Translations under genes and position numbers: made by a program
The notes under the pieces: model-generated
Databases searched by the model: none
What the model was told of the DNA's origin: nothing
What the model saw: only the letters and a program-made list of their open reading frames with translations
Source: Vitrella brassicaformis CCMP3155
Lineage: Eukaryota; Protista; Chromerida
Direction of reading: 5' to 3'
DNA: 31,050 bases
NCBI GenBank assembly: GCA_001179505.1
Contig: CDMY01000684.1
Coordinates: forward strand, 1-31,050
Part shown: one piece after another, positions 1 to 9,720 of the stretch
How the letters are laid out: each line of letters starts with the position of its first letter
How positions within the stretch are numbered: the first letter of the stretch is position 1

Positions 1-20
1 GGTTTGTGCTTAGCTTGCAG

Positions 21-3000
21 ACATGTCTTTCTATTTCGTGCATCTTCGGTGAGCGTTGGCAGCTCTCGTGCGTGTCTTGCTTGGCGGGCTGGCCATGCCC
101 ATGATGGACTCGTGCGTTGCGTGCCTTGCGTAAAGGCTTGTACGGCAGAGATTGATCCTTCTGACCACGGTGTGTGTTCGGCACACAGCAACTTCAACAC
201 CTTGATGACCCCAGAGGCGGCAACGCTCCGGAGCTCATCATGCTTGAGGCCCCGGTGCCCATCGACTTCGCAAGCGGCCCTTATCTGCGTCTCGATGACC
301 TCTCGCAAGTCAACGAGTCCATTGCAACGAGGCCAAGGCTGGCCGGCCACTCGCCCGTCTACGCCACACCTGAGCTTATCAACGCCATAACGGACTGTGA
401 GGAAGCTGGCGTGCGAGAGGACTACCCCATCGGCGTCAGCCGAAGGAGCATTGTGATGGTGAAGAGCAACGAAACCTCCATCGACCACAAAGAAGCCCCC
501 AGCGACCACAGGCGGCACTGGTTGGTGCAGCTGCCGAGATACCCCTCGTCTCTCTTCGAGCTCCGCTGGCTCTTGAGTGAGCAACGAGTGTATCCTTCCG
601 CCGAATCTCAGGAACACATGAGGCAGGCATCCGATCTCCGGAGGGCGGCGGCCGAAGAGAAAGACGATGCACTGTCATCCTTGTGGGCCAGGCTGAAGGG
701 GTCTCCTTCCGTGGCGAGAATCAAGGAGTGGCTCGCCATCTTGCCCGATGACGACTACGACGGTCTATCCAGCCAGCTGAGAGGCAACATCAAGCAGTTT
801 GAGGGGTGGAGAAGAAGGCTTGTCAACTCGGTTTTCGCATTTGCTCGAAAAAAGGTCGATCTCCCTCTTCTAAGCGAAGTACCAGGGATGAAGGAACATC
901 TCGATCGGGCCCTGAGAGAATGGCAGAAGAATACGATGGAATCCGTGAAGTCTGTGGCCGAGAAAGCCATGAAAACCACCGACAGTTCAGAGGAAGCGCT
1001 GGCGTCGTTAACGCACTCCCTGCAGCACTGGGAGAGACTCTTTCTGCCGCCCTCCCTGGCGGACAACAGCCTCGATGAGGTGTTGCTTTCGATCGACAGA
1101 ATGCGGCGTGCAGCGAACATCAGACTCTCCCACGTGCTGGCGGAGACATTTGTCATATGGAGGAGACAGGGCCTCTTCGGCAAAAAGACGAGACAGCCGG
1201 CTGATGATGCGAAAGAGCAGCTGATCGGGCTGGTTGTGACACTGCCGGACATTTCCTTGCCACATATGAAGGACCTGCCCGCTTTGACTACAGCTGTCTC
1301 CTCTAAGCTACAACAAGACACATCGGAACGGACCGCGGGCATCTATAAGGTCCTTGAAGGCATTCTGAGGGAGGGAGACATGCCAGCAGCAGTCAAGACC
1401 GCCATAATGGAGAGCATCAGTGGTATCCTCGCTCATTCAGAGAAAGACCAGCAGCACGCTCTTGCCATCCCTGCACACTTGGGGCTCCATCAGCTTCAGG
1501 GCTTCCTGTCCTACAAAGTCGACGAGTGGTCCGCGATGCTCGAGACAGAGATATCACGGTCGATGGACGAATGGCAAAAGATGGTCCTGCAGCTGACGGA
1601 GAAGCACCTCCTCTGGGCCAAAAATGTCGTCAGGGACACCTTTGGGTGGATCGAAGTGCATCAGGCGACGGCAAGCCCAGCAGATCAACCGATGGTGTTG
1701 GCGTATGCCTTGCAGACGGGCGACGGGGCCTTGTTCGGCGAGTGGCGGCTCACTGTTTCGGGAGATTACAGGACCACAACAGCGCGCATCGTTCCAATGT
1801 TTGGATCAAACTCTATCGTTGACACCATAATGACCGACACATTTGGTGAGGGGACCAGACGCACTACGGAAGAGCGCCCTGTAAGACACTAAACGCCGTT
1901 ATGTGTGTGCTCTGTCAGCGCAGTGGGCCTTTGCTAATACGGACACTTTGGTGCAGCTGATGAAGGCGATGGCGCAGACAATGGGCAGCCATGTGTCTGT
2001 TGCTGCTTCACTTCTCAGCAAATACGACAGCGTATACCGCGAAGTCAAGGGACACCTCAGTAAGAAAGTCGTGTGCGCAGAATATTGAAAAATATTAAGT
2101 GTCTGTGTGTGTATTCAGTGGATGTGCTGGGTGACCTCCAGGAGGGCTCAGAGACGATTAGTGAGGCCTTCGAGACGCCTGCCTTCTCCTATCGGCCGCC
2201 CCTCTGGCTTCGCGCCTCCATCCTCGCGTCATTCGCCACAGTCGCCGTCATTGTCTTTGTCTTCATTTTCTTGTGGAACCAGAGAAGATCATAGCCGGGG
2301 GCTGGTGAGCTTGCTGTTTCCCCATCAGCTACGGTCGGCATCATCGCCTTTGTGTCTCGGATATGGCGGGAGCTGACCGAACGGTTGGGTGGCGGCAAGA
2401 CTGTTCGAGACACTGAGCCGCCGAAGGAGGGCGCGTGGGCGCGTCGTGATGTGTGGTTTTCTTCGACATCACCTCGAGCAAGATCAAATCTCGATTGATC
2501 CCTGCGGTGGTCATGGCGTCGCTGTTCGACCTCCTGATGCAGTTGTTCGCCGTCTACATCCAGGCTCGCCCCAACCCCCTGGTTGTCTACTTCCACATCT
2601 GCCTGTTCGCCTCGCTGCTGATGCTCTTCCTGATCATCTACATTGGCAACAACATCTTCATCAACAAATTCTTTCTCCTTATCCCACTGCCCTTTGTGGT
2701 GCTGCTGTTGGTGGCAAGGTTGCTGGTAGCTGTGGCGGACGCGCCGGACCTCATGTTTGTCGGCGGCGTCATGCGGTGGTTCGGCGACGTGGCGATTGGG
2801 TGGTTCGAGAGCTTTGACGCCTTTGTGGGGTGGTTCGAGAGCCTTTTCGTGCCGGGGGGTCATGAGTTGAGTATCCGTCTCAGAGCCACAAGCTCCTTCA
2901 TGACTTACAGAGGTAAGGATGTAGAAAGAGCATTTCGCGGTGGTAGTGCATCATTTTGTTGCCTCTGGTTGATCATGCTTCCTGGCCGACTTTGGGCAGC

Positions 3001-5708
3001 TCTGCTTCTTGTTCCTTCTACTGTTCGTTTTGCTCTACGTCGTCTTCCTTCAAGCACCATCCTGTTGGTTCCGCAATGCCATCAACAGTGAGAGCCGCAG
3101 CTACACCGAGAAGCGGATTCAGAAGCCCGTCCTCGAGCCACAGCCAGAACCGTCCTCACCACTGGCCTTCCTGCAGAGGATGAAAAGACGAAAAGTGCCG
3201 CCGGGGGCAGACCAGCAGCAGCCTCAAGGCGAGAGCGTCGAGAAGCGAGAGGCAGAGGACGCTCCCGTGGCTGCCGAAGCTGCTACCGCATCTTCCCCTG
3301 CTGTTGACGGCAAGGGCCATTCTGCGACATCTTCCCCACACGGGGCATCGATCGGCGTTGCCCGAGTGCGTCAGCAGCCGGCTAGGGAGAGAGACGTGGA
3401 GCAGTGGAGCAGGGGAAGACGACGGGTGCTGGCCCCTAAGCTGCCCATATTTCTCTCGACCCTCATTATGATCGCCTACACTTTCTGCGGACTGGAGCTG
3501 CTCAAGAGAGCACTACGTAGCCCAAAAAACAAGCCACATATGGCATTATCCACCCGTGTCCTTGTTCTTTGTGTCAGAGATGAGTTTGAATGTGGAGCGA
3601 TTGTATGTGGGCTCGATGGCCATGGCAGATCAGGCAGAGGCGTGGGCATCCGTGCATGTCAAGCAGACCAAATGGCGTGCCCTCTTTGAAGCCTTGCCGA
3701 GCTACGATTCCGCGAGTGATGACAAAGACAACCGCTACTTTGCCGAGAAGCTGGCTTACGCGAGACACGACATGTTGAACAACAAAGTGCGCCTGATGGA
3801 CCTGAGCGCATCGCTCTCCCTCGCAAGAATCCTCGGCCCCAAGACGGAGCGCGACCTTCTCAAGCAGGCTGCCACCGACTCACAGCATCGGACCTCCACC
3901 GATGCTTCACTGGCCTCTTTTCGGTGCCACTCACCCCGGCATCCCCTATCGACAGCACCGTGCCGGAACTCACCGGTCCCTTGCCAGGAGAGTCTCGTGA
4001 GGTGTTGACGCAGGAGCAGCAGTCCTCTTTGGTGGACTTCCTGCGGAATTTCAACATGCAGCGGCTCGAGGACGTGGAGGAGACGGCAACGCGGCTTTTT
4101 AAGGGGCTTGCAGCCGTGAAGCTGCCCACTGCATTCAGTTCGGCCATCGGGGACTGTCTGATCGGAGACCAGAAGACGCGGCTTATGTCTCCCACCGCCC
4201 TTGCGGCCCCCGTCGACCAGTCGGAGCAGCTGCAAGACAGCAAGGCGCTGGAACACTTCTCGCTGTTCCTTCAAGACGGCTCTCCAGAACAGTTTTCCTC
4301 TGTCGCCCGCACTCTTTCAGCCGTCCACAAGCTGAAAGACCCAGCACTCGGCCAGAAGGACGAGAAGGTGCTCAAGAAAGCCGCGAAGCAGAAGGCAAAG
4401 CAACAGCAGGATGCGGTGTCCTACCTGTTGCGCAGCGCATTGCCGGAGGGGCTGAGAGGGCTTCTGTCCAGCTTCGGTGACGAGGCCATGAAAATCTCCT
4501 ATGCGTCGGTGTCGCTCGATTGCCGGCTGGTGATTCGCATACTGCGGCTCGGGCTGCACCTATCGAACGTGGTTGCGACGCTGTGTGTGGTTCTCCTGTG
4601 CGTGCAAGTGACCCGTTCTCATAGCGAGATGCTGGTGAGGATTGCGCGAGGAGAGACGGTGTCACCATTTCGTTCGAACAGAGTGATCAGGAAGCTCTTT
4701 GGGAGCACCGCCTACGCGTCAGCCTCTTTCTTCGTGGGCATATTATAAGAGCAGGCACGCTGGAAGGAAGCAAGCCATATTCTCCCCTTTTGTCTTGTGT
4801 CCCTTGCTGATCTGTCAGGTACACTCTCACCATCCTTTCGTACTGGACAGTGCACATCATCATAGGCCTCATCTGCGCCGGGCTGAGCGTTGTCTATGCC
4901 GACACGACCCTCAGGCGGAGAGCGATCTCCGCTGTCTCCTACTACCTCATTTTCTTGGCTGTCGTTTTGGTCCTCAAGTACCTCTTCGTGGAGACACTGC
5001 TGCTGCGGTTCGTGCTGATGGACAAGAGCAACAGCATTCGGCGACCCCGCCTGTTTGCGGTCATGTATGTGGCGATCATCGTGGTCAACTTCGCTTATGG
5101 CCTGCTGATGGGGGTGATATCGATCATCGCTGGGATCTTCTTTGGAGTTATCCTGGTCTTTCAACCGGGCCACTCATTGTTCCCGAAGTCAGCGCGGAAC
5201 TGGTGAGACATTCGTGTCTGAGACATCACAGGAGAGGGTGTCTGCTAATGGTCATTCTCTGCCCTCCATATGTGTGTGTGTGTGTGTGTGGATCTGTACT
5301 GAACGAAAATCAGGGACCCAGCATACGTTTCCTTCCTAGTACGAGGCGGACAACAGAGAGGCATCAACAGAAAGGCATCATTGTGTCTCTTCCGTATCCT
5401 TTCGTCAGGGCGCGTTGTATCTCGCCCACGAGGAGTTCAACCCAATCGCCCGCACGGCAGTGACCTTGCTGTCGGCCGAAGGCAAGAGACGTCATACGAT
5501 TCCTCCCGAGGACGAGCAAAGAGTGGCAGCTCACCGGCGAGCCAGGAATCGGTGGCATCTTGCACTGACCCTGGTAAACAACCCTTCTCTCTGTCAGAGC
5601 AAAGCATACGCTCTGTTGAGAAGAAACGATGCTTCAAATGCGAGACAGAGAGCCTCAGGGCAGACGGATGCCGGGACCCAAGGGAGCGACGGGACGGAGG
5701 CGGTGTGA
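21..5708 (+). CDS. STRA6-like (RBP_receptor family) multipass membrane protein with large N-terminal extension; 5'-partial, frame interrupted (possible pseudogene)
   Basis: Hand-spliced exons: 21-48, 189-1845, 1919-2059, 2119-(2848 or 2912), 3000-3516, 3578-3923, 3956-4717, 4819-5202, 5314-5338, 5409-5708 (TGA). The C-terminus RPRLFAVMY...VNFAYGLL...SLFPKSARNWDPAYVSFLGALYLAHEEFNPIARTAVTLL...RARNRWHLALTLVNNPSL matches human STRA6 as I recall it (NRRVLY...LNVLVG...SLLPPRAATLDPGYYTY...SHPAMTAFCSLL...RGRARWGLAYTLLHNPTL). Also SRLIPAVV ~ PRAVPAAV and TRSHSEMLVRIARG ~ LVTHRTNLRALHRG. In-frame TAG at 2292-2294 and frame changes near 2451 and 3924. Confidence 0.8.
2798..2842 (+). repeat. In-frame 30-nt-period duplication encoding GWFES twice
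   Basis: gggtggttcgagagc at 2798-2812 and 2828-2842; a degenerate third TGGTTCG at 2777. Confidence 0.85.
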
Positions 5709-5823
5709 GTGCTGCACTGCATGTAATGTGTGGAGACGTGAGATCATCCTGCAATCATCATGATCATGTCTGGTGCCCTTACTTTCTCTAACCGTGCCGG
5801 CGCTATAAGACACGCACAATGAA

Positions 5824-5912
5824 GGTCCATTGCTGGCAATGGACCCCCATTGCCGTCGGTGCCTTCCATTGCTGGCAATAAATGGCTATTGCTGGCAATC
5901 GAGATTCATTGC
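5824..5912. repeat. About 20-bp-period array of ATTGC(TGGCAAT) palindromic motifs, candidate cis-regulatory array
   Basis: ATTGC starts at 5829, 5849, 5868, 5888 and 5908. Full ATTGC-TG-GCAAT occurs at 5829, 5868 and 5888. The first copy extends to a 10-bp perfect inverted repeat GGTCCATTGC-TG-GCAATGGACC (5824-5845). Confidence 0.85.
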
Positions 5913-6072
5913 TGATTGACTCATAGAATGTCCCTGTCACCGTCATGTCACCGCACACAACAATCAACAAATGTCCATTCACTCAAGCACATGAACACAT
6001 ATGAACACATCACATCCATCCACAGTGTGTGTGATTCCACACACAGGCAGACACCACCACCACCCCGTCCGT

Positions 6073-6124
6073 CCATCCATCCATCCATCCATCCATCCAT
6101 CCATCCATCCATCCATCCATCCAT
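6073..6124 (+). repeat. (CCAT)13 microsatellite
   Basis: Direct reading; lies about 135 nt upstream of the ATG at 6259. Confidence 0.95.
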
Positions 6125-6258
6125 CAGTGTTTTTGGTAATCACCCAATGTGTTCGACGACCGATCGGCCATCCGATCGGCACATCATGTAGGGTTTGGGG
6201 TCAAGGGTTTGCTCCAGGACCCAGGGCACCAATGCGGCTGCGGTGCACGAACCGCGCC

Positions 6259-6786
6259 ATGGCCAGCAAGGCCTGCTCATCCCTCTTGACGCGCACAACC
6301 ACTGTCGCCTCGCCCCGTCCCCTCTTCGCGCCACTCGCCGCATCCGTGCGTCGCTTCGGCGCGGGCGGTCCCCCGATGAAGGTGGTCGACAAGCCGCTGG
6401 GCTACTACCCGAAGGAGGAGTATCACTCCCCCAACCCCGGTCCGCTCAGCCCGGTGGAGATGGAGTACAACCTGATGGGCAACCGTCTGAACGGCCTCAA
6501 CTCGCCCAAGATGGTGTACCGCACTGGCCCGAACATGGACAACGACAAGTGGGGCGTGCGAGAGGACAACTGGCTCAGCGTGGGCAGCCACCCATACGGC
6601 GGGTGGATCATTTTCTGGGGCGGGTCGGCCTTCACGTTGATTTGTGTGGTGCTGTACAACCTCAACGTGCTCCACTGGTGGAAGTCGTCGACCCCCTGGT
6701 CGGGCGGAGGAGGTCGACCGTGGGGCAGAGGATACCCGTGGGGCACATTCCCGGCCTGGCGACCGGGCGTCATGAAGGGATACTGA
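6259..6786 (+). CDS. Intronless 175-aa putative mitochondrial single-pass inner-membrane protein
   Basis: ATG in gccATGg context. N-terminus MASKACSSLLTRTTTVASPRPLFAPLAASVRRF is rich in R/S/T/A and lacks acidic residues, typical of a mitochondrial presequence. One hydrophobic segment (GGWIIFWGGSAFTLICVVLYNLNVL). Strong GC3 codon bias; flanked by microsatellites. An upstream in-frame ATG at 6232 is an alternative start. Confidence 0.8.
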   Translation: MASKACSSLLTRTTTVASPRPLFAPLAASVRRFGAGGPPMKVVDKPLGYYPKEEYHSPNPGPLSPVEMEYNLMGNRLNGLNSPKMVYRTGPNMDNDKWGVREDNWLSVGSHPYGGWIIFWGGSAFTLICVVLYNLNVLHWWKSSTPWSGGGGRPWGRGYPWGTFPAWRPGVMKGY

Positions 6787-8316
6787 TCTGTCTGTCTGTC
6801 TGTCTGTGCGGGCAGGGAGGGAGGGAGGGAGGGGCGGTGTATCTATCGGTTTGCGCTTGGTCTGTGATGTGGTGTGGTGTGGTGCTGCTACGCTACTGGC
6901 TGTGTGTGAGGTAGTCTGGTGGCGTATCTTCGCGTGAGTGGTCAGGTCACCCGTGAGTTCATTTCTTCGGTGGGCCACTCACTGCGTTGGCTTCGCACGG
7001 CGCTCTCCTCCAAGTGCCGTGTGGAACCGTCGCAGTCGCCAGCCGGAAGAGATGGAACACAGGGATCACATGCACACACACACACACGGCTCTGAGCGAG
7101 TAGCGAATCGACTTGGGTCGTCTTGGTTGTTGTATGTGCTGCAACATACTTGATGGTCTGCCTGCGATTGCTCTCGCATTCGTGTGCTTCTCGCTTTACT
7201 TGGCGTAGCATCGGATGACGTCGTTGGCTGTGGGGATCTGAGCCCGACAGCTGATGACGTCGATCGCTGCAGCGCCACGTGAGGCCGGAACACTCAGATT
7301 GAATGGATGACTTGGGCAAGTTTTTTCATCAGCGGAGGAGTGGGTGGTGGGTGGGTGGGGTGGGGTGGGGTGGGTGGTGTACCATGATCGGCATGATCGG
7401 CTGTGTCTGTCTGTGTGGCTGGGCTGCATCAGTGCGGTGCAGCAAGCGATGAATCAGAGACACACCACACCTGTGTGTGCGCTAGTAGTGAGTGTGTGTG
7501 GACTCACTCTATGCGAGAAGCGTAAGGGAGCATTTGAATTAGCATATATATGCCACCATGGATGTATCGATATATGTACGGGAGGTCTCTCACCCTTTCT
7601 CAACCAGCCATATACACCCACACAGACACAGACGCATACACACACCGCACACAGCACACAGCACAGACGTCCCTCCACCCACCCCCTTAGTTAGATCAAT
7701 CAAAACACGCACACGCCACTCCATTCCATGATTGGCATGCTCGTAATCACAGCACGCCAACATTGTGCACATCGCCTCTCAAAGAAAACCGCAGGGAGGC
7801 GGGCAGCGAGCGACAGACAGACAGACATGGTGATATATAAAGGAACGGAACGTTTCAACACATCCATCCATTCGCCAGCTTCCATGTAGGTCTGGATGGA
7901 TGGATGAATGGATGGATGAGCGAGTGGTGAGTGTGTGTGTGTGTGTGTGGGTGGCCCGCCTCAAAAATACGACTGTATGCAATCGACTGACCACACAATG
8001 TTGTCTCACCATCCCTGTCAACCAGAAGAGGTGACGCCACACCACACCGCTCAAGCACACCACAGGCAGACAGACACAAACTCACTCAGAAACCTTCCAA
8101 CCTGCCTCCATCCACGCCACGCACGTCAAATGAACACAAGCACGCACACGCCACCTTCGTTGAATCAATCAATCACTGAGGGAAATGGACATATACAATA
8201 CAGAGAGAGAGAGGATGTAGGCAGACAGAAGGATGGGAGAGCATTGCTGGCAAGACGGCCTTGGGGGGGAGAGGGAGGAGGGAGGGGGGAGGGGGGGAGG
8301 TCAGCTGAGTGATCGA

Positions 8317-8755
8317 TCACCCGCCGGCCCCGTGCTGCTCCTCGTCTTCGTCCACCACTCGAGTGTAGTGCACGCGCCAACGCACACCATCACCTGCACA
8401 CACACACAGAGGGAGGGAGATGGAGAGGGAGAGAGTGAGTGTGCGGGCGGGCTCCTGTTGTCTGTCTCTCTGTGTGCGAGTGTGTGTGTGTTCGCGTGCC
8501 GTGTCAGTCACCGACCCACCTCACCTGATGGTCGCGATATTGTTGTGTGGAAGGGGAGCATCCACCCCAGGATGTGGGAACCAAACACCTACACAACACA
8601 CGCACCTCGTCGCATCTCATCTCGTATGTGGTCCATTCCATCAGTGTGTGTGTTGCAGGTAGGTACCTGTTCCCAGTTCCGCCTTGAGCCGATGTCGTAC
8701 TTGGACCTCTGCGACGCGTCACGCTCCAAGTTCTCAATCGTCGTGTAGTTCTGAC

Positions 8756-8789
<34 letters not shown>

Positions 8790-8929
8790 TAAACACACAC
8801 GGGAGCATGGCTGACTTGACTGACCTCGAGGACCAGCCTGACGTGGAATTTGATGAAGTTGGTCAGCGCGAACAACAAGACAATCGACAGCATCGCAGAC
8901 TGACAAACATCCACACAGACGGAGGGGGA

Positions 8930-8971
<42 letters not shown>

Positions 8972-9687
8972 GGGAGAGAGAGAGAGAGGGAGGGAGAGAG
9001 AGCAGGCGTGTGTCGGTCTGGTCTGGTCTGGTCTGTGTGTCCTGCCTGCCTGTGTGTGGCAGGCATCATCCCACTACTCACTACTCACTCACTCACCACG
9101 AGGACACAGACGTCCCATATTTCGATGAACCTGATGGGCTGCTGCATCTTGATCAGGAACAGCACCCGCAGCACGATCCACGCTATCCTGCACACACACC
9201 CAGACAGACAGACAGACGCACCCATGTCATCCCATGCATGTGTGTGGGATGGGATGATCTCATAGATGCCCACCCACCCTACTCACCCTGTGCTGGTGGT
9301 GACGAGTAGGCAGATGTAGACGTAGAAGAGGAGCTGCATGAAGAACTTGCGGTTGTAGAAACCCACGCAGTTGTTGATCCATGGGCAGTGGTGGTCCATG
9401 TTCAACACACTGAATGAATGAGATGAATGAACTCACCGACAGATAGACCATCAAGCAAAGCAGCCACACTCCCTCCCTCCCTGTCTGTCTGTCTGTCTGT
9501 CTGTGTGTGTGTGTGGTGCCTGCGACCGCCGTACGTACCATCTGTTGCAGATGGAGCAGTGGTGGGTGCGGTCAGGTTTCCACACGTTGCACATCTTGCA
9601 GTACCGCCGCCTCTTGGTCTCGTCACCCATGTAGAACCCCCAGTTGGGCGGCACCACACCCGGATCTGTCATGACAGACTGAATGAA

Positions 9688-9720
<33 letters not shown>

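Noticed and set aside
2292-4748. Euplotes-style programmed frameshifting at stop codons, or an all-insertion RNA-editing pattern, in the STRA6-like gene
   Set aside because: The frame changes at about 2451 and 3924 are not at stop codons, and two of the five apparent breaks disappear with alternative splice donors. No consistent slippery motif is present.
4736-4818. Apparent +1 frameshift at GTGGG (4736-4738) plus a GC donor at 4755 in the STRA6-like gene
   Set aside because: A canonical GT donor at 4718 (GC|GTCAGC) joins the 4819 exon in phase and gives an ungapped match to STRA6 (STAYAYTLTILSYWTVH), so no lesion or GC-AG intron is needed.
5824-5912. CRISPR-like repeat-spacer array
   Set aside because: The repeats are only 5-12 nt with spacers of about 8 nt, there are no cas genes, and the context is eukaryotic and intron-rich.
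6900-7430. Non-repetitive intergenic stretch with short ORFs on both strands (6938-7153 +, 6942-7319 -, 7196-7429 -) and two GATGACGTCG copies
   Set aside because: No consistent splice structure, codon bias or recognisable motif. The DHHC gene already terminates at 8317. Treated as UTR or intergenic sequence.
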